Positions 49,365 through 62,299 of a stretch of DNA of 64,000 nt are shown here, in pieces. The position numbers and the translations under genes were made by a program. The stretch comes from Carcharhinus amblyrhynchos (lineage: Eukaryota): positions 42,284,001-42,348,000 of the forward strand of contig OZ336885.1 of NCBI GenBank assembly GCA_965287045.1. The letters run 5' to 3'. Under the pieces are notes generated by a model. That model saw nothing but the letters and a program-made list of their open reading frames with translations, had not been told where the DNA came from and ran no database searches. Within the stretch, counting starts at the first letter, position 1, and each line of letters starts with the position of its first letter.

Positions 49365-49519
49365 CCGCTGGAGTACAGAGGAGGCTATGTGGGGATGTGG
49401 CTCTCGAATCAGAGAGAGGTGTGAGGGAGAGCAGAAATTCATACAGATAATGGAAAGCAGTGGGGTGGAAATGACAGACACATGGAGCAATGAGGGTCAG
49501 GCTCTGTGGCCCATATAAA

Positions 49520-50055
49520 ATGTTGATTCAGTCTCAGGAGGCACTGCACTTTAGGAAAGATGTGAAGGCATTCGAGAGCCTGCAGAAAACATTCACAATA
49601 ATGGTTCCAGGGATGCGGAACATCCATTGTGTAGATAAATTGGAGAATTTGGGACTGGAGGAAAGCATAGTGAGAGGAGATTTCACAGAGGGCTTCAAAG
49701 CCATGAGGGGTCAAGACAGTTCACATTTCCTCTTCCCAACAAGCTAAAAGATCAAGAACCAGAGAACACGGATTGAACGTAATTGGCAAAAGAAGCAACA
49801 GCGGCGTGAGGAAAAACTGCTTCACATAGCGAGTGGTTATTAGGATCTGGAATGAACTCCCCAGGAGTGTGGTGAAGGTAGATTCAATCTGAGGCTTTCA
49901 AAAGAGACTTGGGTTATTATCCAGGCGTGGCGGGCTGGAATCATGTCATCGGGGAAAGGCAGGGGAGTAGCTGTAGATGCATTGCTTTTACAGAAAGCAG
50001 TCATAGATATGATAGGCCTAACTGCCTCCTTCTGTGCTGCAACCAATCTATGATT
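49520..50055 (+). mobile_element. Old CR1 3' fragment
   Basis: HFRKDVKAFESLQKTFTIMVPGMR...RGDF frame and a CR1 3' UTR. Confidence 0.8.
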
Positions 50056-50724
50056 TCACATTTAAGGGGAAGCTAGATAAGCAAATAAGGAAGACGAGAC
50101 CAGACGGTTATGCTGATAGTTAGCTGAAGAAGCATGAAAGCAGATCAGGCTAAGGTGAAGCATAAATGCTATCAGGGACTGCTGGCCTTAAATGGTCTGT
50201 TTCTGTGCTGTATATTCTCTGTATTTCGATGTAACATTGCACAACTGTGACCCTTTATTCCAATTTAAACAATGTCTATGATCTAGATTATCCTACTGTT
50301 AATGGATTTAGTTCAGCCAAGTAAACGGTATCAAAATACATTCACATGTACAAAGTGTGTTATTCCCTATAGATATCCTTAGCACGAGTTCACTTATGCA
50401 ACAGTTCCAATCATTTATTACATCATCAAAATGGGACGCAACACTTAGCTGCCATTAGGTGGCACTCCTAAGCCGGAAGATTGAAGTTTTGGTCAGTCAT
50501 GAGTCAGACTGAATACGGTTTTGGGTCACTATAAATAGATGCATTGGTTTGTCGTGTTTCGAAGTTAACACGTATTGTGCAAAAGCAGATTCAAATGCCT
50601 TTATTAAGATCCTAATTAATTAAATTATTTAATTACTCAAAATTCTAATAAAATCACTCAGTCTGCCTTAGTAGTAGGACTTTCACCAGACATGTGTAAA
50701 AGACCTCTAGCCCATTGAAGAACT

Positions 50725-50772
50725 CAGTAAGAGTCTCACAACACCAGGTTAAAGTCCAACAGTTTATTTATT
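50725..50772 (-). mobile_element. Short Penelope pLTR fragment
   Basis: cagtaagagtctcacaacaccaggttaaagtccaacagtttattta. Possible TSD CCCATTGAA at 50711-50719 and 50839-50847. Confidence 0.7.
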
Positions 50773-51839
50773 CAAGTCTCTCCATTTCCCCTATTCACAG
50801 GGTAGGTTCACTGATGTACTTAGGGGTTTCACCAGGAACCCATTGAAATTATGTTGGTTAGATGTCCGTTGAAAATTTGCTTGAATCAGCATGAGACACA
50901 AAGCTCATGACACTCACCTTACACCAACCTATATAATCCAGTCCTTAACATTTAAATGGATTAGCATTCAGTAATATTTGCTGATTTGAAAGTACAAGTG
51001 ATGAAATTACAACAGGTGACCAACCGCGTGCTGCTTTGGGAAATTAAAATAAACAAAAATGATCTACATCTTGCAATTCAGTAAGTTTATTCAGGACAGT
51101 CAAGCCCAGAAGAAGTAAAAGCGGAAGCATCAAAACCAAGGATTATGACTACAGTCTCGCAATCCTGATGACACATGGCATATTCATATTCCGTCACCAG
51201 ATAGGAAAAAGCTGAGCCAAGCATGCACTCATCCATTATTCACCAAGAGGAACCAGCAGAGAAATGAGGTAACTGAAGCTTTGTTTGAAAAAAACAACTT
51301 AGTCATATTAGCTTAAGGATAAACAAAATGACTATGAATCATGTCAAACATGGCTCAGGACATGGTTTTATACACTATAGTAACAACGTGTCAGTTTTAA
51401 ATCTTACAGAGCATTTAACAGCAGGTCGAAATGCACCAGGTGGTCAAACAATTAACTTTGCACCTCTCCCTTAAACGAGGTCAGGAACACCATGACAAGA
51501 GTGGCCGTTGTTTCCCACAGCTGTAGTAGATCATTAATCTTGTACACAATATATATTCTTTCTGCCATTGTATGTGTTTTGAGTACTTCATTTCAGTGAG
51601 ACACTGCTGCGGAGTTCAGACTGAACAAAATTCAAACATCAACAAAAGAGCAAAACTTCTAAATAAATCTTGCTGATTAAATATGCCTTTCCTAAAATTC
51701 TCATTAACGGACTGAAAAATCCTGCCAGATGCACTAATCTGAGCACACCATCTTTCGCTGTTTCCTTGTCATGTGCCAAGTTCCTTTGTGCAAGTGTGTT
51801 TATGTCAAATCCACTCATTGATTTTGAACTTAGAAGCTT

Positions 51840-52082
51840 AGAATCATAAAATCCTACAGTGTATAAGGAGGCCATTTGGCCCATCTAGTCTACACTGACC
51901 ACAATCCCACCCAGGCCCTATCCCCATAATCCCATGCACTTACCCTAGCTAGTCCCCCTGACACTAAGGGGCAATTTAACACGGCCAATCCGCCTAACCG
52001 CACATCTCTGGACTGTGGGAGGAAACCATGCAGACAAGGGGAGAATGTGCAAATTCCAGACAGACAGTGACCCAAGCCGGGT
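51840..52082 (-). mobile_element. HE1 SINE (HER1 tail), 5'-truncated
   Basis: agaatcataaaatcctacagtg tail and cagacagtgacccaagccgg body. Confidence 0.9.
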
Positions 52083-53874
52083 GACACAGACCCACCCTAA
52101 TCTGTTTTAGTAAGACAGAATGGCCCTCAGCAACCACACCACCACCGCCCCCCCCCCCCCACTCCCCACCCACTGCCCCACGAAGTCCCAAAAAGTTGGT
52201 CAAATACAGAGGCAGTCAACATCTGTCAACATCTTCAGCTGTAAGGAAAGTAATTTGATAACAAGTAATAAAGGTGATTTTGGAGACATTAACACGCATC
52301 TCACAAAAACTATTAGTTGCTGGGAGTTCCACAAAGGGTTAAGCAGTGCTGCCATGACATGGTGGTGGGTAGGGGATGATAAAGGGCAGGATGGAAAGGG
52401 GGTGAAAGATGTACCCTGACTCATTGCCATTGGAAAAATGGTAAATTTTTAGAAATAAGGCAGAACTCTGGTAGAAGAAACATCCTCCCATTTTCTGAAC
52501 TGAAGAATTGATGTGTTTCTGTTGGTTGTGACCAGAATTTTAGGTCCAGTTTATTGTAAGTGAATTCTAAATGATTCAGAGCGATCTACCCAACTGCACA
52601 ATGAGGAACTGAATGGTAAGATAAGAGGAAGTAAATTGTGAGATAGGCTTTGTAGTTCTTCTTTAAATAATTACTTTTTTGTTACTATCATTTTGTCTAT
52701 TCAAGAATAGAAATCATGAGGAAAACGGGATTGTTTATTTCACTTCTAGCACCACACCTTGGAAGAATACACTGGAATCTATGTAAACAAATGCTTTAGA
52801 AAACAGACGAATGCAAAAAACAGACACGTGTTTAGAGACCCAAGGTTCAACCTACAAGAGGCATTCTGAAACCATTAAGAAATACAGACAGCCTTCAATG
52901 GACCAATTTTCAATTAATCCTTTTGCAATTTCAAATATGAGGCAGCTGTTCAGTGAAAGAAGTAGGTTTTGTGAAACGGTGAGTTATTTTCTCATTCAGC
53001 AGTGGAGAGACTATCTCCGTGGCTGGATGCTTGCATGGTTTGGAAGGAATAAATGATTTCCCTGGGTGGAAAGCTCCAATTTAATGAAAGGAATTTCTTT
53101 CACAACTCCCAACTGCCTCCGGGCGCTGCATACACTTCTCCAGTTGCCCAAGTCAAGAGGAATGATATGTGAAAGGCGGGAGAGACTGTCCTTTCCTGCC
53201 CCAGTGTCCTGTTCATACACTCAGCAGTTGTGAGCAGCTATTCTCCCCTCAAGTCCCACCACTGCCTCTGGATGGTGGATCTGCTTCATTGACAAGCATT
53301 GGAGATAGGTTTGCCACCTCTCCAGGATTGTCCTGGAGTCTCCAGAAATTGAAGGTCTATCTCCAGGAGTACAAACCCCAAAAATCATCAGGACATTTAA
53401 AAAAAGCTTTTTTTTTCATCATTTGCTTTGAATATTTTTCCTACCAGATATAAAAATATTGAAAATGGGAAAGAGAAAATGCTTTTTGACTAGCAGTCAA
53501 GCATCATCCAATAGGATAATGAGACTTTTTGCTTTCCTGTTGGTGTTGGGAGGCAGTGCGTCACAAAGATAGATGTGTTAACCAAAGAAAGGCAAGAGCA
53601 TGGACAAAAGTCACGTGATGAAACCTTCAGGAATACATTAATCGCAGCTGAAAACACTATTAGGAGAATGTGTCATGACATTGGAGGAAATCCCCGAATT
53701 ATATATAGACGTGCTGAACTTTTAAATAAGAACTGTGGTTTTAAAAATGGACATATAACTCATCGATAACTGAGATGTAAATTTTGAATTGTTGGTGGGT
53801 GATACTAAAGAAAGAGATATAATAGATTGACGTCATTGCCGGACAGGCTTACATTAAAAGCACAAAAAACATAC

Positions 53875-53988
53875 AGAAACTAGCGCATCTCATGTGGAGA
53901 TAATGGAAGCTGATTATCATCTCTGCAGGAACAATATCCCATGAGTAATGTCCCAGACCCGTTTGTGGATTTTTATCTTCCACGAAAA
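53875..53988 (-). CDS. Candidate exon (114 nt, phase 1-1) of unknown gene
   Basis: ttggcttttattccag|...|gtatgt. Open frame FVEDKNPQTGLGHYSWDIVPAEMIISFHYLHMRCASF. Confidence 0.4.
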
Positions 53989-54112
53989 CTGGAATAAAAG
54001 CCAACTGCAAAGTTTGTTCAGTGTCGGATAGTGCTGGACATTTTAAAGTGCGGGAGCCAAGAAGGAAAGGCAGCAGTTAACTCCTACAAAAGGTTTTTTG
54101 CAAGTAACTCAC

Positions 54113-54151
54113 TCTCTAATTGCTGTAGCAACATCATCAGCAAAGCCACAG
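54113..54151 (-). CDS. Candidate 39-nt symmetric exon of unknown gene
   Basis: Very strong sites cctgtttccttttttttcag|...|gtgagt. Reads VALLMMLLQQLE (phase 1) or CGFADDVATAIR (phase 2). Confidence 0.5.
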
Positions 54152-54514
54152 CTGAAAAAAAAGGAAACAGGACAAGTTTTCAACCAGACTGCAGGATACT
54201 GGAATCTCAATATCAATGATTCACCTACTGAAAACATCACTACTGGAATCATACTGCTCGGGGGATTGGGGGTGTGCAGTGAGGAGGGAGAGTGCTGATA
54301 ATTCACCTTAAATTTATGCAAATACATTGAAATGAGGGGTTCGGCCTTTGTGGGTCTGAACCTCGCGCCGTCACCAGCAAAGTGTGGGGAAAGCCGCAGA
54401 ACTCCAAATCCCTAAAGAAAGTCACATTTCCCAAATCTCTCTGGAATTTCAGCCCACATCGTCATTCTCATTCGGGAAAGCCTGGTTAATTGACTCCTTT
54501 TAAAAGATTAACAC

Positions 54515-54948
54515 CTTGAGCTGGGGAAAGGGCAAACGAAGGGATCCTTTTTAAATTGATCCTGATGTGACCAGCCAAGGGGGTTGAACGAAGAAAGGGA
54601 GCCAGTTCATTCCCCCTCGCCTGAGGCACAACGATCTGAGTGCATTCCATTCGGAAGTTAACAAGTTGAGGGATCTCGTCCCGGATAACAAACTTGGGGA
54701 ACCTCATCTGGGGGCCAGTCGTAATAAGATAGATAACTACCCCTGGTTTCTGTCTTTTCTCCTGTTCCATAGAAACAGGCCTGTGAGACCCAGCTGTATC
54801 AGTCAATCTCCTTACAAGCAGAAAATTGTTGCGTTTTTCCTCCCAAATATTCACAATACCATTTCCCCATCAAACTTTCATTATCCCAGTAGAATCTAAA
54901 ATCACACCTCTGATGTTTTGTGTGTCCCACGGCCACTGGAAGTTAGAA
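54515..54948 (-). pseudogene. Candidate large exon with one in-frame TGA (54870-54872)
   Basis: Acceptor cttgtctttctcag. Reads SNFQWPWDTQNIRGVILDSTGIMKV*WGNGIVNIWEEK...GVVIYLITTGPQMRFPKFVIRDEIPQLVNF... The donor is uncertain (CAG|gcgagg or AAG|gtgtta). Confidence 0.35.
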
Positions 54949-55489
54949 CTGAGAAAGACAAGTGTATTACTGAAGTTATAATCTGCTCCCAGTGAGAGCT
55001 GTTGAAATGAAACGGGAATTGTGACTGTAAACTGTCAAATGAACATTGCTGAAGTTGGTGCGTGGGTGGGTGTGGGGGTGGGGCAGGAGTGGTGGGAGTG
55101 GGGCAAGGGCGGTGGTTAAGGTTTGGAGCATTGCTGCAGCTGATTAGGTGCTGAGCCATAATCTCAGCTGATTCTCCAAGGGCACTGGGGCACAAGGTCA
55201 CAGTACATGCAATAATCATGTTGAAAGTTACGAAGGGTGGAATTGTCCACCCCTTCATGCCAACAGGCTTCTCCGGCCCGGGCTGCAATGAATACAGATT
55301 TGGCTGAGCACCAAATTCTACATTCTCACTAGCAACAAGGAGTGGCTGGAGAATTCCAGCCAGTATCTGCAAAAAATGTGCAGCTGAAGTGTGGTGTCCA
55401 TAATTTATAGGGTTCACTGTGTTAACCTTGGTGGGAACTCAGCACAGACTGACCAGAAGGAAAAATTTTTCATTTATGAGAGATTACAC

Positions 55490-56320
55490 AAAAACTCGGC
55501 TTGTATTTTTCTGCGTTTAGAGGTTTGAGAGGTGGTCTGATTATGGCATTTAAATTCATTTAAAAAAAATCTAGCAGAGTCGATGAAGAGAAACTATTTC
55601 CCCTGGTGGAGAATCCAAAATAAGACAGGTGGTACAGTAGCACAGTGGTTAGCACTGCTGCCTCACAGTGCCAGGGACCTGGGTTCAATTCCTGGCTTGG
55701 GAAGCTTTGAAAGGCTGGAATGGAGCCAGAAAATGGACTTAATGGAGAACAGCATCCAACATTTGGGGCTGCAGCTGGAGTGAGATTAATGAATGACTAC
55801 AGGAGGAAAGACCAACATCAGAGTGACTGACTGGAGTGCCCACACAGGCAGTATGGTGGCACAGTATTTAGCAGTGCTGCCTCACTGCACCAGGGACCCT
55901 GGTTCAATTTCAGGTTTGGATCACTGTCTGTGTGGAGTCTGCACATTCTCCCCGTGGCTGGTTTCTTCCAGGTGCTCTGATTTCCTCCAACAGTCCAAAA
56001 GACATTCTGGTTATGTGCATTTGCTAAATTCTCCCTCAGTGAAACCGAACAGGTGCCAGAGTGTGGCCACTAGGGGTTTTTCACAGTAACTTAATTGCAG
56101 TGTTAATGTAAGCCTACTGTGACACTAATAAATAAACTTAAAACCGAAATAAACTTAGGTCACTCATGAATGAATTCAGGAAACACTGCTTTACACAAAA
56201 GGAAGTTATCTCTCTCAAAAGGCTGTGGTTATTGGGTCAGTTGAAATGTTCAAGGCTGCTTTTAATAGATAAGAGTAGCAAATGCATATAGAGCAAAGTC
56301 AGATAAATGGGTTTGGGGGT
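55490..56320 (+). mobile_element. Old CR1 3' fragment containing an HE1 head (55627-55700) and an HE1 alternative-tail SINE (55847-56140)
   Basis: CR1 homology before 55625 and after 56165, with two HE1 heads visible in between. Confidence 0.75.
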
Positions 56321-56729
56321 GTGGGGGTGGGGTTGGAGACAGTTTGTTACAGAGTGGTAATGTCACAGTACAGTAATCTAGAGGCCTGAGGCTAGTAATC
56401 TGCCATAGAATGGCAGCAAACTTTCCGTGGATGAATTTTAAAAATTCCAACGTTTTGGGGGGAATTAAGTTTAAAAATGAAAGATTGGTTTTGTAACCAA
56501 AGGGACCAAAGATTGGTTTTGTAACCAAAGGGACTCTTTGCATAAAACAGAAGCTACAGGAAGTAAGTGCTTCTACTGCTCTCTCCATCACTGCCCTTCA
56601 AATTGTCATTAGTTCATTATTAAATCCACAATTTTTGAGTTTTAGGAGTTGAGTCGGATCTTTTGAAGTCACTTTGTTAGTCTTCCATGTTGCAGGTTTC
56701 CATCAGTTTTAATATCTACGATAAATCTA

Positions 56730-56990
56730 ATGAACAACAAAGAACTGTATCACAGAAACAGGCCCCTCGGCCCTCCAAATCTGCGCCGATCATGATGCCT
56801 GCCTAAAGTAAAACCATACGCAGTTAGGAGTCCATATCCTTCCATCCCCATCCTATTCATGTATTTGTCTAGATGCCACTTTCATACGTGCTCCCACCGC
56901 TTCCCAGGCAACGTGTTCCAGACGTTCACCACCCTCTGGGCAAGAAACCTGCCTCACACATCTCCTCTAAACTTTTCCCCACACACTGAA
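56730..56990 (-). mobile_element. CR1 3' terminal fragment
   Basis: agaaacaggcccctcggccc 3' UTR hairpin and accaccctctggg..aaacctgcctcacacatctcctctaaac. Confidence 0.8.
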
Positions 56991-57130
56991 CTGTAATGAT
57001 AAAATGTTTAAGATAGTTAGATACGTTTTCAAATCATCAACCTGTCCGTAATTAGAAGAAATTTAATTTAATATATAAATCATTGCCAAGATTTTAAGAA
57101 GTATCATATTTGAGATGCCACTAATTTAGG

Positions 57131-58362
57131 ACATAGAACTTAGAACACTACAGCACAAACAGGCCCTTCGGCCCACAAGTTGCGCCGATCATATCCATAC
57201 CTACCAGGCCTATCTATAACTCTCAATCCCATTAAATCCCATGTACTCATCCAGAAGTCTCTTAAAAGACTCCAATGAGTTTGCCTCTACCACCACTGAC
57301 GGCAGCCGATTCCACTCACTCACCACCTTCTGAGTGAAAAACTTACCCCTGACATCCCCTCAGTACCTGCTCCCCAGCACCTTAAACCTGTGTCCTCTCA
57401 TAGCGATCATTTCAGCCCTGGGAAATAGCCTCCAAGAATCTACCCTATCTATACCTATCAACATCTTATAAACCTCTATCAGGTCGCCTCTTAACCTTCA
57501 TCTCTCCAAGGAGAAAAGACCTAGCTCCCTCAACCTATCCTCATAAGGCATGCCTCCCAATCCAGGCAACATCCTTGTAAATCTCCTGTGCACCCTCTCA
57601 ATAGTTTACACATCCTTCTTGTAGTGAGGCAACCAGAACTGCGCACAGTACTCCAAGTGGGGTCTGACAAGGGTCTCATAAAGTTGCAGCATTACCTCCC
57701 AACACCTAAACTCAATCCCTTGATTAGTGAAGGCTAGTACACCATACACCTTCTTGACCACATCCTCCACTTGCGAGTCTGATTTAAGAGTCCTATGGAC
57801 CAGGACCCCAAGGTCCTTCTGCTCCGCAACACTGCTAAGAGTCCTACCCTTGATATTGTACTCCTTCATCCCATTGGACCACTACACATTTATCCGCCTG
57901 CCACTTCTCCGCCCAGTCTTGCATCCTATCTATGTCATGCTGCAACTTCTGACATCCCGCCAGGCTATCCACAACACCACCAACCTTCGTGTCATCGGCA
58001 AACTTACTAACCCATCCCTCCACTTCCTCATCCAAGTCATTTATGAAAATGACAAACAGCAAGGGTCCAGAACAGATCCCTGAGGCACTCCACTGGTGGC
58101 CGACATCCATGCAGAAAAAAACCCATCCACAACCATTCTCTGCCTTCTGTAGGCAAGCCAATTCTGGATCCACAAGGCAACAGTCCCTTGGATCCCATGC
58201 CCTCTCACTTTTTCAAGAAGTCTTGCATGGGGGACCTTATCGAACGCCTTGCTGAAATCCATGTAAACCACATCCACTGCTCTTCCTTTGTCAATGTGTT
58301 CGGTCACATTTTCAAAGAACTCAACTAGGCTCGTAAGGCACGACCTGCCCTTGACAAAGCCA
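57131..58362 (-). mobile_element. CR1 LINE 3' fragment with frameshifts
   Basis: VDVVYMDFSKAFDKVPH, KFADDTK and PHLEYCAQFW in shifted frames, then a TTCTATG-type tail. Confidence 0.95.
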
Positions 58363-60174
58363 ATTTAATGTAACACTGTTTATGGATAATGTGTTTCTTG
58401 TGTGCAATCTTAGCAGTTTAACATAGTGTGAAAATTGGCTCAGGAAATATTAAACTTGGCTGTGAAATCAGTCTCATGGTTGAATTAAATTTCATCGTAT
58501 TTGCCATATCCTTCATTTCCATTACAGGTATACACAAGTCAAATAGTTTCTTTTATTGTTAAATAAGACATATATACTGAACATGTAACACCTCAAGCCT
58601 GTTCAGCCATTCAATTAGATCACAGCTGATTTATATGCTCAACCCCATTTACCCAACTTTGCTCTCTACCCCTTCCTACACTTAACTAACCAAATCAGCC
58701 TTGAAATTTTTAATTGACCTAATTTTTTTGGGAGGGAGGGGAGATGGTTGGGTGCGCATGCATGCAGAGGGGTGTAGTTCCACTTTTTGTTCAGAGAAGT
58801 GTCCCCACATTTCATTTGTGATTGGCCTACAGTTAAGATCATTCAATCTTGTTTTGGATTCTTCACCAGAGGAAATACTGACTTGTTATTTACACTATTG
58901 AATCTTTATCAATACGGCTCAAGCCTCTAAACACAAAGTAATCCAAGGCAAGTTTATGCCAGGGATTACAGAGACTCAATAAAAGATCCTGATTATCCGA
59001 TAGCTTTAAAAATCAATTCAAGAGTGCTACACAATTATTAACTGTTATTGCCAATAAGAAAACCTAGGGGTTTTAATTGATAAAAGTTGTTACATGCTCA
59101 ATTGTCCTTTTAATGATCTTACGATTCTGGAAACAACCCCTAATTTTCCATGCTTTTCCAAAACTGGGTTTAGATTGTAGAATGTGGTACTGTTTCAATA
59201 AATTTGTGATAATTCAGAAAAGCTTAAGGACTGTAAGGTGTCACACATTCTTTATCAAATTGAAATGTCAATGCATCATGAGTATGAAGGTTGTCATGTT
59301 CACATTTTATAGCATAAATCGTGACAAGAAAGGTTGTTCCCTTAAATTCAGTCCAGGCCATAAGCGACCAACATTACACAGAAATTAGAGATGTTTCCTA
59401 GTGGACTTATTGTAATACAATTTTAAAACGTCTGCTTCAAAGAAATATAATCCAAATTAAGGTCCATGCCCAGAGGCCTCAGTACTAAATGTGTCAAATT
59501 TTTCCATAAAACTGAAACTGCTCTTCAAATTAAGGGGCATCACATTTTATGGATCATTCCTCATAATCATATACATTTGTGGGGTTTTTTTTACTGTTAT
59601 TTCAATTTACAACACCAAAATATCTGCAGGGCTATTGTCTTTTTCCTATTTCTGTGGTTTTAGAGACATTACATGGGTGGGGCCTTTACAGCATTAGATC
59701 TTATAAGTCCTATGAAGAAACAAAATCCCTTTGCAAAGTGTGTAGTCCTTTTCTAATGGAGTGCTGGACTAAAAATGGGACTTGGAATTGGCTGTCTGGT
59801 AAATTAGCACTTTTAAGCAATGTATCTAAAAATGGTGAAACCTAAACCGGCAAAAGTAATTCTTAATAACTTGAGTGAATAATTGTAAAGAGATAATTGA
59901 CTTGCTGACTGCAAACTTTGCACATAAAAATTGAGGGGGAGCTGAGGATGAGTCAACCAACAGGGCAACATCATTAGATTAGTCATTGTTTCCAGATTGA
60001 CATGCTTTGGTGAGTTGTTCCAGGTGAAATTTATTTCTCACAGTTGAACTTGCACATTGGGAGGGAATTTTCCCAATCCACCCACCTTTGTAGTGGGGCA
60101 GGGGGCAGATCATACAAGGGTCCGTTGGCCTCGGGCGGGATTTTCCAGTTTTGGGGCCCATTATTTCCCTCATG

Positions 60175-60370
60175 AACACATAGAACATAGAACATAGAAA
60201 ACTATAGCACAAATAGGCCCTTTGGCCCACAAGTTGCGCTGATCATATCCCTACCTACTAGGCCTATCTATAACCCATTTCTTTTACTTGTAGAATGCCT
60301 TGGAGTTTTCTTTAATCCTGCCTGCCAAGGCCTTCTCATGACCCCTTCTGGCCCTCCTAATTTCCTTCTA
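60175..60370 (-). mobile_element. Internally deleted CR1 (tail joined to an ORF2 linker piece)
   Basis: (AGAACAT)n tail and UTR as at 57131, then ccaaggccttctcatgacccctt from the EN-RT linker. Confidence 0.75.
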
Positions 60371-60469
60371 AATGGTTCCATTGCCATTAAACTTACTATT
60401 ATCATCCATGGTGGTTGTTGATTGAATCCATCCCTACCGTCCAACCACTCAAATCATGTACTGCAATCT

Positions 60470-62240
60470 ACTAGATACGTTATTGGACCAGATATCAGAA
60501 GAGCTTGAAATGTTAGTTCAAATCTCACCACAGCATTTGGGCAGCATAAACTCACTTAATGAAGTAAGACAGAAATTAAAATCTAATATCAGTATTGGTC
60601 ATCTTGCCAAAAAAATTCATCTGGTTTAGCAATGCCCTCTAGGAAAGTAAATCTGCTGTCTTTACCTGGTCCAACCTATAAATGACTCCAAATCCACAAA
60701 GTGTGGTTGGACTTTTACCTGCCCTTTGAAATGGCCACCAAGTCACTCAGTAATAATAAACCACTCCAAAAGGGCAAATAAAAATGAAAACCGATTGGCA
60801 AATTAGCACCAATGTCAAAAACCACAAAGACACTCTTTGCTCAGTCAACTGTGCACCGACCTCACTAATGCCTGAGGACTTGTGCCAATATGAGGAGGGC
60901 TCTCCTACGGATCAGCCGTGGAATGGCCTGGGGTAGACATATTTCTGAATCATACATTCTAGTGTACATTCTTGTCAGCTTCATCACCATCTATAAGTAT
61001 CTGCTATTTGGTCACAGCTCAAATTCACAATATAGTTTCAGGAGGGAGTTACACTGGCCACACTCAACAATGGTCCGAAACTTCTGATCTCCAGGTGTGG
61101 TGGTCACTTCCCCCTTCCTCACCACCCCAACTGCTTCCCTCCCAGAAGTCCCACACAGTGACTGCACAGCAACTGTCCAGGAAGTTCAAACATCCGATGG
61201 GCGATTACCCTGCACTGGGACCGTCCGATATTCCAATTTAAATCAGATACTTACACAGAAAAAGTTAGAAGATTAAAACCACTTCTAACTCCTGGGTAAT
61301 TGTGGTACTGACACCCCTCTCCACATCCCCCCCACCAATCCCAACCCCTCCACCACCTTACGCTACACCCCTCCAAACTCCACCAGACCTGCCAAATACT
61401 ATCCCCATCTCTCTGACTCCCCTCCCCATCTCCCAGCTATGCTCTCCTCCCCACTGACTCCCCAACTATCCATTCAAACACATTCCCTCCATTTATACCC
61501 ATGCTCCCTGACTATACACCCACACCATCACCACCCCCCCCCCCCACAACTAGCCCCCATCTTTCCTACACATCCTATCCCCTACTGGACTGATGGTAGT
61601 CTACCATCAGTTCACACACTGCTGATGAGGGCGCAGACCCGGTGGGCAGTCATGTCATCTGTATGCCAGATAAGTGCATACCCAAGCAGTTCCTTTTTTG
61701 GGGAACTCTCTGCTTGGAAGACATTCGCATGGAGGGCAGAAGAAATGTTACAAAGACACACTCAAGGCCTCTCGGAAGTTGCTTGACATAGACACAGCCA
61801 CCTGGGAAATGCTGGCACAAAACCGCCCTACCTGGCGCTGCCTTATCCACAAGGGCTGTCAAGCTTACGAAGCAAGGTGCATTGCTGATGCACAACTTAA
61901 GCGTGAGCTGCGTAAATCCAGAGCCACCAGTGCAACAACAACAGTGCCTAAACAAGTCTGCCCAATATATGCCAGGACATTCCATGCCCGAATTGGCCTG
62001 ATCAGTCATCTTCCGACACACTGCATCCAGCTTCAAAATGGCTAATGGTGTTGAGGTCCTCATCGACGATGATGGATGAACAACATCCCCTGCTATACTT
62101 GCAAACCTATTTGATTAAATCCTCACCAATCTACCCACCATGCATGACCACCATGCAGTCCTAGTGCTTCACATTAAGGACATCCTCCACTGTGTTGTGT
62201 AGCACCACCACCATGCTAAGTGGGATAGATTCCAAACAAA
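60470..62240 (+). mobile_element. Second-family SINE-like segment running into decayed LINE endonuclease sequence, interrupted by younger insertions (~61130-62090)
   Basis: SINE core at 60610-60745. Endonuclease-like pieces N..GLVP / SESY near 60865-60960 and NLFD.ILTNLP / HHHHAKWDRF near 62105-62235. Confidence 0.5.
61605..62085 (+). mobile_element. RTE-clade LINE 3' fragment
   Basis: SVHTLLMRAQTRWA, GRHSHGGQKKCYKDTLKAS, TWEMLAQNRPTWR and a C-terminal CP..ARTFHARIGLISHL.TH zinc finger, then a short GAT/CAA repeat tail. Confidence 0.9.
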
Positions 62241-62299
62241 TGTGGAGGAGGAGGGGCAGAATAGAGGGACATTCAGCACCCACCTCTCCAACTATATAA

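Noticed and set aside
50450-50540. CTCF-like, AP-1 and TATA motifs as a promoter
   Set aside because: Short motifs expected by chance, with no linked transcript evidence.
50919-50981. Minus-strand exon candidate QILLNANPFKC*GLDYIGWCK
   Set aside because: It has an internal stop and phase 0-0, which is incompatible with the phase-1 neighbours.
56480-56534. 28-bp tandem duplication
   Set aside because: Only two copies, consistent with ordinary slippage.
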